Assembly (NCBI GenBank): GCA_964016885.1
Contig: OZ024744.1
Location: 64,790,001 to 64,854,000 of the forward strand
Length of the DNA stretch: 64,000 bases
Direction of reading: 5' to 3'
DNA from: Eledone cirrhosa
Taxonomy: Eukaryota
Shown here: piece after piece, positions 51,199-63,860 of the stretch
Layout: each line of letters begins with the position of its first letter
Numbering within the stretch: the stretch's first letter is position 1
Position numbers and translations under genes: made by a program
The notes under the pieces: model-generated
The model's database searches: none
Told to the model about the DNA's origin: nothing
Seen by the model: only the letters and a program-made list of their open reading frames with translations

Positions 51199-51705
51199 AT
51201 AGATAAATAAATAAATAAATAAATAAATACATACACAAGCACAATAACAACAAACACATATAAACACACACTAGTAAAGATAGAATACATTAACCAATAC
51301 ACAGCCACCCAGTCATGAACACACATCAAACAAAACACTATACACACACGCAAACGCATGCGCAAAGAAGACAAAATAAAATAAACAAATAAATAAATAT
51401 ATAAACAGACTAAATAAAGATGGCGTAGACATACAATGCAATGGGAGGAAACAATAGCACCACTGACGATGTTGCAGATGTGCAACGAAAGAACTTTGAT
51501 AAACTTTATATATGTGTTTGTGTCTATATTGTATCTGTATTTTTGACAGTTCGTCAGTCAATGGCAACATTGAGGACCGAATAAATTAGATTACCGATAT
51601 AAAAGACACAGAAGCGAAAAGCGAAAACCAACCAAACAGTGACTGTGTTCTGTTATTAATTCTGGCAATATTACACAAATATAACCCTCCCCAAGTATAA
51701 CAATA
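50150..51705 (+). mobile_element. 5'-truncated Penelope-like element (RT thumb, Zn linker, GIY-YIG endonuclease, pseudo-LTR); Naiad-like
   Basis: LPVLD, YAKPM, RMQFSGY; VVYSIRC..YIGETVRSIGERIDQH..SALYEH..RQIREA..LNRKNEW; two 1-bp frameshifts and one in-frame TGA. Confidence 0.85.
51459..51500 (+). ncRNA. Hammerhead ribozyme in Penelope pseudo-LTR
   Basis: ACCA-CUGACGA-U-GUUGCA-GAUG-UGCAAC-GAAA-GAACUU-UGAU. Confidence 0.7.
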
Positions 51706-51779
51706 TATATATATATATTTTTTAAAGATATATTTATCAAACTTGGGTCAGTTTGTCTTCATGACTTGTTCTTTCGATC

Positions 51780-52828
51780 TCACTCGATAAACCCACCATT
51801 GGCTTTGATGACGGCCTCAAGGCAGCATCGGAACTGGCTACAAGCCTTCGTCACTGTCCCCCGACTTAGGCCCCTAAAGGCACTTGTGATCCTGACCTTC
51901 AGATCGTCTTTTGTATTGCAGCTAGATCTGTTGGTGTCTCGTTCCACTGTGCCCCACACAAAGAAGTCGAGGGGGCTGCAGTCAGGCGAGCTGGGGTCCA
52001 GATGTCAGGTGAAGTGTGGTCGACGAAGTTCTCTAACAGCCAGGCTTGAGTCTTTCGGCTGGTATGGCAGGGCGCTGAGTCTTGCTGCCACACGAATGGC
52101 CTACCTGCAGCTACCTGGTCGATCCAGGGCTTTACTACCTCTCTCAGAACGCGGATGTAGCCATCGGTGTTCAGTTTGAGGCCCTCAGAGAAGAAGTGAG
52201 GTGGCATGACGTCACCTTGACTGTTGACAACACCTAAGACCAATGTTGTCGCTGGAAACTTTGTCTGCATGACTCTGGGTACGTCTTTGGATGAGACAGC
52301 GAGCCACCTGTTGTTCTGGGAGTTGATCTTCTGGTCTTGGCAGAAGTTTTTCTCGTCGGAGAAAAACCACAGCATGTCTGGCTCCAGTGGGTGTTTCAAC
52401 TTGTTGATCAGCTTCTTTGCGTGCTTCAGTCGCTTTTCTTGCATTGCCTTTGACAGAAATTGTCCTTTCCTCATCTTGTATGAAATGTAGCGAATGTCTT
52501 CATGTACCACCAGCCTAATGAGCTTTTCATCCACATCTTTCTCCCTTGCAATGGCATGAATCGACTTGCTAGGTTCATTGTTGATGATATCCTGAACTTC
52601 AGCAACGAACTCGGGCGTTCTGAAGACGTCAGATCGTCGATCATGTGTTTTCCTCTCTGATGTTGCTTTGTAGTCGAATCCTGAATCTTCCAATTCCTTT
52701 CTGATCTTTTCCACCATTCTCCTGCTGACGCTGAGAAAGTCTGAAATTTCCTTATTGGTGCTCCCGGCGCGGATTCCAAGAATAATTCCGTGTCTCTTCC
52801 ACAAATTTGGAGGTTCAAAATTATTCAT
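51780..52828 (-). pseudogene. Tc1/mariner-superfamily transposase, maT (DD37D) type
   Basis: ATG at 52828 (MNNFEPP); HTH region, FSDEKNF, QQDSAPCH; after restoring one missing base near 51996, W-x-PSSPDCSPLD gives 37 residues between D2 and D3; stop at 51780. Confidence 0.85.
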
Positions 52829-54571
52829 ACAACGCGAGGACCAAAAACGTGAGGTGTTCAGGATTGCTAGGCAATGTGTCAAGGAAAACCGTGATATTGT
52901 CGGGGAGAAGTGTGTACTTAATGATGACGGCGTACTTGCCATCACCGATGCTGATAAGAAGGTAGCTTGGAAGTGTCACTATGAAAGACTACTAAATGAG
53001 GAGAATAAATGGGAGAAAGACAGTCTCCCCCACATCGACCCAATAGAGGGACCAGCAGTGTTAGTCGAGGGTAGTATAATAAGTAAGGCAATCAAGGGTA
53101 TGAAGACGGGTAAGGCAGCTGGGCCCTCGGAAATAGTTGCTGAGATGCTGAAGGCATCTGGCACGGTGGGACACACCATGGTCACCCGCATAGTTAACCA
53201 AGTCGTACAGAATGGGGTTGTTCCGAAGGACTGGCGTAGCAGCATGATCGTTAACTGTTATAAAGGTAAAGGAGATGCCCTAGATAGGAGTAACTATAGA
53301 GGCATTAAATTAATCGACCAGGTCATGAAGGTCACGGAAAAAGTAATAGCGCAACTAATCAGAGAGAGAATTGACCTCGATGAAATGCAGTTCGGATTTG
53401 TGTCAGGCAAAAGTACCACAGATGCTCTTTTCATTGTACGACAACTACAGGAGAAGTACCTAGCTAAAAGTAAACCCCTATACTTAGCTTTTGTTGACTT
53501 GGAGAAAGCCTTTGACAGAGTACCCCGCTCGATTATCTGGTGGGCCCTTAGAAAACTAGGTGTTGATGAATGGCTTGTGAGAGCTATACAAGCCATGTAT
53601 AAAGAAACAGTCAGCAAGGTTAGAATTAACAACGAATATAGTGAAGAGTTTAGCGTAAAAGTTGGTGTCCATCAGGGCTCTGTTCTTAGCCCCCTACTAT
53701 TTATTATTGCCCTTCAGGCTATAACAGAGGAGTTCAAGACCGGCTGCCCATGGGAACTCCTATACGCAGATGACCTAACACTCATAGCTGAATCAATGGC
53801 CGAGCTAGAGAAGAAATTCCAAACATGGAAGCACGGCCTAGAATCAAAAGGCCTTAAAATTAACCTGGCTAAGACCAAAGTTCTAGTTTGTAGGAAAGAA
53901 AATAAGGTGACAGTCCCTTCCGGGAAGTGGCCATGCTCAGTGTGTAGGAAAGGCGTAGGTAGAAACTCCATTTTGTGTCCGAAATGCAAAGTATGGGTGC
54001 ATAAAAGATGTAGTGGGATCACAGGTAAGCTAACTAAGAACATAGATTTTACATGTGGCCGGTGCTCTGGTGCAATAAGTAGCAGCAAGTGCCCACAAAA
54101 TACTAACTCTTTCAATTGCGCAGAGGGTTCTATAGAAATAGTGGACAGCTTCCATTACCTGGGTGACAAAATCACCAGTGGGGGAGGGTGCTCTGAAAGT
54201 ACAGTAGCTAGAGTCAGAACTGGATGGAAAAAGTTCAGAGAGCTTATACCACTATTAGCCGCTAGAGGGTTCTCCCTAAAAATGAAAGGCAGATTGTATG
54301 ATGCCTGCATACGAACAGCAATGTTGCATGGCAGTGAGACCTGGGCATTGTGTGCAGAGGATATACGCAGACTAGAGAGGAACGAAGCTTGCATGCTCCA
54401 CTGGATGTGTAATAGTAATATACGTGAACGGCAAAGCATAAACGAACTAAGGAAAAAATTAGAAATAAGAGGGATCCGATGTTGTTTACTCGAGAGAAGG
54501 CTACGTTGGTATGGACACGTGATGCGCATGAAAGATGATAGCTGTATAACAAAGTGCAGGGCAATAAAGAT
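52829..54571 (+). CDS. RTE-clade LINE ORF2 fragment (reverse transcriptase with internal PHD finger); open frame, truncated at both ends
   Basis: GKAAGPSEI, NYRGIKL, MQFGF, FVDLEKAFDRV, GVHQGSVLSPLLF, LYADDL, KTKV, C4HC3 insert, FHYLG, LRWYGHV; no stops over ~580 codons. Confidence 0.88.
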
Positions 54572-54805
54572 AGCCCCCTACTATTTATTATTGCCCTTCA
54601 GGCTATAACTGAGGAGTTCAAGACCAGCTGCCCATGGGAACTCCTATATGCAGATGATCTAATGCTCATAGCTGAATCAATGGCTGAACTAGAGAAGAAA
54701 TTCCAAACATGGAAGCATGGTCTAAAATCAAAAGGCCTTAAAGTTAACTTGTCTAAGACTAAAGTTCTAGTTTGTAGGAAGGAAAATAGGCCACCAGTCC
54801 CATCT
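54572..54805 (+). mobile_element. Second RTE segment repeating 53688-53920
   Basis: SPLLFIIALQAITEEFKTSCPWELLYADDL..VPSG; slightly diverged copy. Confidence 0.85.
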
Positions 54806-55895
54806 GGGTCAGTCTCCATTATCTTATCCCATGTCTTCCTTGATCTACCCCTTCTACAAGTTGCATCCATTGTGAGTGTCCTGCAATCGTTTATACAGCT
54901 GCTATCTTCCAAACACATCACATGTCTTTATCAGCATAATCTACTCTCTTGCATACTATGTCTGATTCTTCTTACACCTAGCTTTCCTCTCAGCTAATGT
55001 ATGCTTTGTCATTCATGCACACTAATACTACAAGTCAGCTGGAGCTTACTTCATTTCTTTCTAGCCTTCACAAATCCTCAGCAATGAAGGTCTATGTCTC
55101 ATTGCCATACACTATCACAGTTTGAACATAGGCATTGTACAGTCAACTTTTCAATCAGAGAGAGAAGCTCTTTGTTGTCATCAGAGGGAATAGCTTCTTG
55201 AACTTTTTCCAGTCTGTTCTTACTCTAGTTACTATGTTTTCAGAACATCCACCTCCACAACAGATTAGGTTATCTAGGTAACCAAAACTGTCAAAAACCT
55301 CTAGGGAAATGCCCAAGCATTTGACAGAATTTATTCCACATGTACACTTAGTGCTTATTGCTCCTCAGAATCTGCTGCAAACGAAATCTACCATCTGGGT
55401 TAACCTGCCTGTACTTCCACTATATCTTGTGCATCCATAGCTTGCAATGCATCTACTATATGGAATGTTTTCCAACCCTTTTCTGTATATCAAGCATGGT
55501 AATTTCTCTGATGGGATCAGGGTCCTGTCTTCTTTTGTATTTTTAAAGACATTAGTCTTTGCTAGGTTTACTTGCAAACCTTTCAATTTCAGGTTTTGTC
55601 TCCATGACTGGAACTTCACCTTTAACACAGCTACTGATCCAGTTATAAATACTAAGTCATCAGCATAGGGGATAGCCAGTCTTTAAACAATCTCCTCTGT
55701 AATAAGCAGAAGGTGGGAGTGATGACTGGGTACTGGTGAACACACCTGTTCACTAACATCATCACTGATCACTTTACCAACTCTTACCTGGCTGATTGCA
55801 CCTCAATTCATGGCTTGTATGGCCTTAACAAGGTATTTATCTATACTGAATTTCCTTAGTGCCCAATTAATTTCAGAACAAGGAACACTGTCTAA
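54806..55895 (-). pseudogene. Older decayed RTE LINE, minus strand
   Basis: RGRSRKTWD, YADDLV, VNLAKTNV, degenerate PHD; a matching 3' tail lies at 50065-50125. Confidence 0.75.
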
Positions 55896-56627
55896 ACTGA
55901 CATTGGGGAAAATTCATCAATATAAATTTTGGAAGATTGGTGAGAATTATTTGCTGTGAGGATTGTAGAATAACTTCATTGGGGAATTAAGGATTGATTT
56001 AATGGGGAAGGAATCACTAAGGAAATGGAGTAGTATGAATGGGTGAGATACAAAGGAAGCAAGGAAAATGAATGGTAAGAGAATTGAACAGCAATGTTGA
56101 AAGATACATCCTTCGTACAACCACAAAGATAATGTAGAAATGGAACACATTCTTCATACTACCACAAGCGGTAGTGATTGTGGAGAGGAGAGGGACAAGA
56201 AGGTAGATATGAGTACAATAGATCAAACAACCACACATCAGATATGACAAGTTGAAATGGTGTTGATGATGATGATGGGGTTGGTGGTGGATGTGATGAT
56301 AATGAGGATTATGATGATGGTGATGATGGTGATCATTAGTGGTGAAGAAAAGATACGGACACCTCCTTCGGTGATGACAATGTCAGATGATAACAAATAT
56401 AATGATAGTGATGATGATGTGGGTGACAGTGACAATGGTAGAGTCAGTGAAACCAAGATACCTAACCCCCACTCTCCACTAGAGTTTCTGTCACAATAAC
56501 AATTTAGAATAAAAATAATTGTCTGTTTCTGATGTGATAGTATTGTTGTGCCATTCTAGCCATGACTATCCCATCTTTATATTTTTTCATGTATCCAAAT
56601 GTGCAAAAACCAAAACAAAAAAAACTG

Positions 56628-56967
56628 AGCCCACACTGTAAAGTGGTCCTGACAAAAAAGTGTCACGACAAAAAAACCCCCAGCCCACACTGTAAAGTGG
56701 TAGTGTAGGAGTCACAACTAAAGCACCCAACAAACATTATTACATGGTCGTGTAGGAGTTGCAACAAAGAACACCTAGTACTCAATGTAAGTGAGGTTTG
56801 TGCTAGGAAGGGCATCCAGCTTTAGAAACCATGCCAAAATCAGTTCTGTATAAGCAAGGTATAGTCACTTCACCTGGCATTGCCCACAACAAGACAACTT
56901 GTCTAACCCATGCTAGTGTGGAAAAATGAATGTAAAACGGTGATGATGATGATGATGATGATGATGA
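56628..56967 (+). mobile_element. RTE 3' UTR with ~3 degenerate 48-bp units and (GAT)n tail
   Basis: Family match. Confidence 0.75.
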
Positions 56968-57307
56968 AGCAAAAATCATTCTAATGTATTAATTTGTAAA
57001 CCCCTACAACCCACACAAGAATAGAAGGAGGAATGTAAAAATTGAAAAATGCCAAAATAACACATTCAAAGATATATGTCAATGAGAACGGATATTTTTT
57101 GTTCAGAAGAGTATTTTTTTTTCCTACCCAGAGCAAGTTTATTTTTGTTGTGTTCTTCCATGGCAGTTCATTTTCAGAGACCATCTTCATGTCCTTAATA
57201 GAGGCTCGTTAAATGTCAGTAATTACATAATTATTCTTTATTCAGCCCAACATCTCGCAATTATCAACTGATCTTTCAAACATAATTTATTAATGAATTT
57301 TGTATTT

Positions 57308-57775
57308 ACCACCACCACAACCATGACCACTGCCACCACTACCGCTGCCACCACCAGCCCCCACCACAGTAACCTCCTCCCCCAACCACCACCATCCCTA
57401 CGACCACCACAGCACCACCACAACCAGTAAATCCCTAATCCTACCATCATCGCCACCACCACCACCACCACCACCACCCCAGTAATTCCACCATCACCAC
57501 CACCACCATCATCATCCCTAAGACTGCCACAGCATGACCAGTAAACCCCCAACACCACCACCACCACCACCACCACCACCAACACCATCCCTACCACCAT
57601 CACCACCATCACCACCACCACCACCACCATCCTTACCACCATCACCACCACCAACACCACGAAAACCGCCCCAACCACCATCACTACCACCACCACCACC
57701 ATTCCTACCACCATCACCACTACCACCACCACCACCACCACCATTACTATTGTCATTATTATTATCATCATTATT
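57308..57775. repeat. (CCA)n low-complexity tract
   Basis: Direct inspection. Confidence 0.9.
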
Positions 57776-59035
57776 TTCCCCACTATTACCAGCAATGTCA
57801 ATATAAGTGTATGTATTTGCGTATGTCTCTCTGTGTATGTGTATATGTACGTGTGTGTATGTGTGTATATATGTGTGTATGTGTGTGCATGTGTATACGT
57901 GTGTGCATGTGCATATGTGTGTGCGTGTGTATGTGTGTACATGTGTGTATGTGTGCACATGTGAGTGTGTATGTGTAGATATACGTGTATATGTGCATGT
58001 GTATGTGTGTGCTTGTGTATACGTGTGTGCATGTGCATATGTGTGTGCGTGTGTATGTGTGCACATGTGTGTATGTGTGCACATGTGAGTGTGTATGTGT
58101 AGATATACGTGTGTATGTGCGTGTGCATGTGTGTGTATCTGTGAGTGTGTGAGTGTGTGTGTGTAAGTGAGTGTGTTTGTGTATAATAGGCTGAATGTGT
58201 ATACATACATTTCTGTACAGATATGTTTACACATATATATTACATGTGAAATAATTATTCATGTTTGAACACAGCATATATTTGTATATTCTATGGTAAA
58301 CTTAAGGTAGATAGATATAAACTAGCCTTTACTGTAAAAAGTATAAAGTGTGAAGTGTGAACATTTTCAAACCTAAAAGAATATTCTTATGCTTGCGTTT
58401 TAGACCTAATTGTGTCCTCATTAGAGAATAACTGCCCCTATGTATCCACCTAAGGGGAAATATTGCTATAGTAATATTCATACTGTTATATAGAATCTAT
58501 ATATAAATTTGAGTGACTTCCATCTGTCCATCTGTCCGTCGGTCACACAATGTGTGTGTGAGTGTGAATGTGTGAATGTAAGTGTGTGTAAAAGAAAGGA
58601 AGGGGATGGTGAAAAAACTATAGCAAAACAGTGGCTGGCGTTTCATTTGCTATGCTGTGTGTGAGTGAATGTGTATATATATGTGAATGTGTAAATGTAT
58701 AAATATGTGTGTTTGTGTGAATATATGTCTGTGAGTGTGTATTTTTGTAAATGTGTCTGTGTTTGTGTGTTTATATTTATATATACTCATGCATATAAAT
58801 GTATTCATATGCACATATACACATACTCACATATACACATACTCACATATACACATACTCACATATACACATTCGCATCAGTGTGTTGAAAAGAATTCTA
58901 GTATAGAAAATACCTGAAATGGTCAGTCTAATTTGCATGACATGTATTGTCTTGGTGACTTAAATGTATAAAATATATTCATGTTAAGACATTCTATGTT
59001 AGTGAAATGTGGGCAACGATGAAGAGAGAGGAACT

Positions 59036-59248
59036 ATGGTTTCTAATATAGGCACAAGGCCAGCAATTTTGGGAGAGGGGAAAGTCGATTAAATCGATCC
59101 CCAGTGCATTACTGGTACTTTATTTTATCGACCTTGTAAGGATGAAAGGTAAAGTTAACCTGGGTGGGATTTGAACTCAGAATGTAAAGAGCCATAACTC
59201 TATGTTGCAAAGCATAACATCCGACCTTCTACTGATACTGCCAATCCA
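59036..59248 (-). mobile_element. SINE copy (long subtype)
   Basis: Family match. Confidence 0.85.
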
Positions 59249-59513
59249 ACTCCTAATAATAATAATAATGGTTTCTACTATAGGCACAAGGCCAACAATT
59301 CTGAGGGAAGGGAAAGTCCATTAAATCAACCCCAGTACATTACTGGTACTTTATTTTATCAACCACCTAAGGATGAAAGGCCAAGTTAACCTCGGCAGGT
59401 CTAACCAGTCAAGGTGATCAAGGTGATGTTAGAACACAGTACAAATAAATTATTAAGCAATATAGACCTAGATGAGTGGTGGTTCTCAATTTCTTTTGCC
59501 CTAGACCCCACTT

Positions 59514-59743
59514 TAACCTTTTAGCATTTAAACCGGCCATATCCGGCCAGAATTCTCTCACTTCTTTCTGTTCAAACCTGCCGTAACTGGCCACTGATAC
59601 TGATGTTAAGGTATTGTTCTTAAAATAAATAACATCAAAATCTCATAGATTCGATATTATGTGAGATAATTATGTGAGGTAAAGCCTTTACTGTGAAAAT
59701 ATAATAGTATATATATAGAGAAATGTAAATGTTAAAGGGTTAA
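59514..59743. mobile_element. piggyBac-like MITE
   Basis: TTAA-flanked TIRs. Confidence 0.88.
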
Positions 59744-59922
59744 GAAAAAAAAAAAAAGGGGATGCTCTATCATTAGAAGAAAAAGATTACAGTTTTGAAA
59801 AAAGTTTTAATTAAATCATTTTGTTTTACTGCAGGTTTATTTATGAGTAAATGACAAAGGTGAAGTAAATCTGTGAACAAGAAGAGAGATTACAAATAAC
59901 AATATACTGAACAAAATGTATA

Positions 59923-60288
59923 CAGTTGATCCCCACTATTCACAGGGGTTATGTTCCTAGATCACCTGTGATGAGTGAAAAACCGTGAATATTGAACGTG
60001 CATAAAAATGCCTATAAACGTCAAAATACGATGTAAAATATAATTAAATAAAAGGAGGGAGTGTCATATGTGGAGGGATGGCAAATACGGTATATTGTTA
60101 TTAATAATTTAGCATAAAAAAAATATATATTGACGCAAAAAAAAGCAATTATAAAAAGCGTGGAAGATATTTACGATTCTGTGAATATGCAGTGGTTTCC
60201 ACGAACAATTATTAGTTAGGTTGTAAGGAAAATTCTTGAATAACCAGGACTGCGTATGCCAGGACCTACGAATGTCAGGGGTACACTG
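59923..60288. mobile_element. pogo/Tigger-like MITE
   Basis: TA-CAGTTGATCCCCACTATTC ... GAATGTCAGGGGTACACTG-TA. Confidence 0.65.
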
Positions 60289-61009
60289 TAATTCTGCTAA
60301 ACCTATAGTTAGAACAAAAACACATTGGAACGTACCACAATTGTGTTACCAAATAACACCTTTCACACCAACATAAGTTCATTTTTTTTCAAACCAACAT
60401 TTTAATTATTTTTTAAAACATTCTTATAGCTCACTAAAATATTTTTAAGCCCCACATCCCCCCCCCCCCCCCCCCAGTAAAATATTCTCATGTTCCACTT
60501 AAACCCTTTTGTTACTATATTTCTAATGAGATACCCTGCCTGTAATTTTCAAATAATTTTTTAAATAATCAAGAGTTTGGAGAAGCTTAGTAAAATGACT
60601 AAATTTCTTCTTATTAAGTAGGTGTTTGGAGCATAACTTAACAAAGGTTCTTACATGAAATTAGATAAATATATGCACTTTAAAACAAAGAGTTTTGTAT
60701 TGTAGAACCAGAGTCAGTTTCAGGTGGTTGGATATCTAAGGGGTTAAGAATCACTGTTCTAGACAAATCCCTAAAGAGATACAATGGCAAGTGCTGGAAT
60801 GCTTGATTTAGGTTGGTTGACCCGGGACTAAACAACAACTTCAGTCAATGAACCACTCTCTTCATGTAAACTAATAGAAACAAGTTATTAAAAAGATAAC
60901 CGAAACTCTGCTGTTGTATTGGGTTTTTGGTGGTTTATGTAAAGGCTCCCTCATTGACTTTGTCTGTCAGCCTGTCACTCTCTCTCTCTCTCTTCTGCTG
61001 ACCTCTCCC

Positions 61010-61052
<43 letters not shown>

Positions 61053-61407
61053 ATTCTTGGTATGAAAGGGGGCTTGCAGGAGAAACATTCTCCAATGAAT
61101 ACATGGCAAATTGTCCACATATTCCTACTACATTTAACAAAATATAAGTGGTTTTCATACTGGTCTCATCATAAGCTTGTTGGAATATAACAATGAGACC
61201 AGTATGAAAACTGGCTGGTGGATTGGCAGAATCGGTAGAGCGTCAGACCACAAGCTTAACGCCATAGATTAGCTATGCCTTTCATCCTTACAGGTTCGAT
61301 AAAATAAAGTACCAGTAATGCGCTGGTATTGATTTAATTGACTTACCCTTTCCTCCAAAGTTGTTGGCTTTTTGCCTAAATCAAGAAACCATTATTATAC
61401 ACACAAA

Positions 61408-61600
61408 GGGTGGTGGATTGGCAGTATCAGTAGAGGGTTGGACGCCATTCTTTCCAGCATAGTTACGTCCCTTTACGGTCTGAGTTCAAATCCTGCCGAG
61501 GTTAACTTTGCCTTTCATCCTTACGGGGTCGATAAAATAAAGTACCAGTAATGCACTGGAATAATTGCTGGCTGGCCTTGTCCCAAAAGTAGAAACAATT
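61408..61600 (+). mobile_element. SINE copy with TSD
   Basis: ATTATTATACACACAAAGG / ATTATTATATACACAAAGG flanks. Confidence 0.85.
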
Positions 61601-62222
61601 ATTATATACACAAAGGAAAACTCACACTGTATCGTCCTGTATTATCTTTAATGTTTCCTTAACGTGAGCCCTGTGTGGCTAATAAAGAAATCATTATTAT
61701 AAGCTTGCTGTGTGGGCTTCATTCCCGGACTTGCTAGCATGTTATGTCCTTGGACAAGACACTTCATTTCACATTGTTCCTTCAGTTCACTCAATCAAAA
61801 CAAACGAGTACCAGCATCATCATCATCATCATCATCATCATCAACAGCAGCAGCAGCAACAGCAGAAGAGCAGCAGCAGAAAAGCAGCAGCAGAAGAAGA
61901 ATAGCAGTAACAGAAGAGCAGCAGCAGAAGCAGCAGTGGTAGCAGTTGCAGCAGCAACAGCAGCTGGTGGAGGTTGACCTTACAGGGAGCCCTAGCATCC
62001 TGTCTAAGAGAAGGTCATGTACTCTCAGTTTTTTAACACCTCATAAAACCAGAATAGCCATTCTGACCTGATGAGCCACTAGACAAACTTCAACTTTTGT
62101 TGTTGTTTTTTTAAACAGAGAAATAAATGTATGAATATTGTAGAGCTAATCAGAAAGACTATCATTTACAAAGGCCTATATAATTGGCTTTGTATTTTCA
62201 TGGAACATTCCAGCTACTATTT

Positions 62223-62402
62223 AGGTGGATTGGCAGTATCGGTAGAGGGTCTGACGCCATGCTTTGCAGCAAAGAGTTACACCTCTTTATGGTCTGAGTT
62301 CAAATCCCGCCGAGATTAACTCCTTACAGAGGGGTAGATAAAATAAAGTACCAGTAATACACTGGGGTAATTGCTGGCCTTGTGCCTAAAGTAGAAACAA
62401 TT
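62223..62402 (+). mobile_element. SINE copy
   Basis: Family match. Confidence 0.8.
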
Positions 62403-62429
62403 ATTATTTTTATTGTTTTTCCTTTTCCT

Positions 62430-63355
62430 TCATTATTGTTTCTGATATAAACCGAGTGTCTTCCTGACACCTAGGGCAAATACATTCACTGTATACATTG
62501 GTAAGCCAGTTAATACATGACATTGCATATAATTTACAGCTTATCATTCTTACAGAGGGATAGCATTCTTACAGAGATAGTGCTCTACTCACATGCACAC
62601 ATCCACAGAAGGAGGGATACCATTCTCACAGAGATAGTGCTCTTCTCAACACGTGTGCAGTACCAGTCAAAACAATATTTTGCACCTCTTGCAGAGAGAG
62701 TAAAACAGGAATCATTTGCAAATACTGTTTGTTCCTTTCTTGACCACAATCACTGGTATTGCAACGGCCTTGAGGTGCCACATTTTGTCGATTCCAATAA
62801 GCAGATCTTTATATTTTCATAGCTTGTCAAATTCTTTTGCTGCGATATTGTGATCACAGGAGATGCTCATATCTATCAATAAACAGACCTTGCTATGTTG
62901 GTCTTTTACAATGATATCTGGTCTATTTGCTTTTATGGTCCAGTCAGTATGTACAGGAAAGTCCCAAAGAATTGTTACTTTTTCTCCTTCAATTACAGCC
63001 TCAGGGTGATGATTGTACCACTTGTCAGCAGCTTTGATTTCATGATGCCGACATATTACCCAGTGTAGATATTGGCCAACTCTGTTATGCCTATAATTGT
63101 ACTCTACTGGGGGTAAAACTTTACATCCTGAGACTAGGTGGTCCACTGTTTCAGCCTCAACATTGCAGAATCGGCACTTTGGATTTACTCCATTTCTCAT
63201 CACATTGGCCTGCTAATTCCAAGTCAGTAAGCTTGGAACTAGGGCAGCTAAGATGAAGCCTTCACTCTCTGCTTTTAGCCCTGAGCTACGTAGCCACTGA
63301 TAGGTGGTGTACTTTTGGTCAACATCAGCTTGTTTGCTACGGGACACATATTTGC
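62430..63355 (-). mobile_element. R4/Dong-clade LINE 3' end (CCHC knuckle + restriction-like endonuclease)
   Basis: LKAESEGFILAA, CRFC..ETVDHLVSGC, RHN, ILWD, NRPDIIV..LLIDM, KEFDKL. Confidence 0.85.
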
Positions 63356-63548
63356 TCACGGATTGGCAGTATCGGTAGAGTGTCAGGACATCAAGCTTTG
63401 CAGCATGGAGTTGTGGCCCTTTATGATATGAGTTCAAATCCCGCTGAGGTTAACTTGCCCCTCCCCCCAAATTGATGGCCTTGTGCCTATACAAGAAACA
63501 ATTATTATTATTATTATTATCATTATTATTATTGTTATTGTTATTGTT

Positions 63549-63584
<36 letters not shown>

Positions 63585-63822
63585 GGAGGGTTGGACATGC
63601 TTTCCAGCATAGTTATGTTCCTTTACGATCTGAGTTCAAATCCCGCTGAGGTTAACTTTGCCTTACATCATTACGTGGACGATAAAATAAAGTATCAGTA
63701 ATGCACTAGGGTCGATTTAATCGAATTTCCCCTCCCCCCAAATTACTGGCCTTGTACCTAAATAAGAAACCATTATTATCATCATTATTATCATTATTGT
63801 TATTATTATTGTTGTTATTATT

Positions 63823-63860
<38 letters not shown>

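Noticed and set aside
51040-51360. SECIS element for the Penelope UGA
   Set aside because: ATGA..AA..TGA candidates near 51047, 51118 and 51315 lack a paired helix by eye
58496-59010. Third Helitron
   Set aside because: TC start and (CTGTC) repeats are suggestive, but no intact 3' hairpin or CTAG was found
62060-62090. Hammerhead-like CTGATGAG
   Set aside because: No downstream GAAA or closing stems; part of a SINE tail
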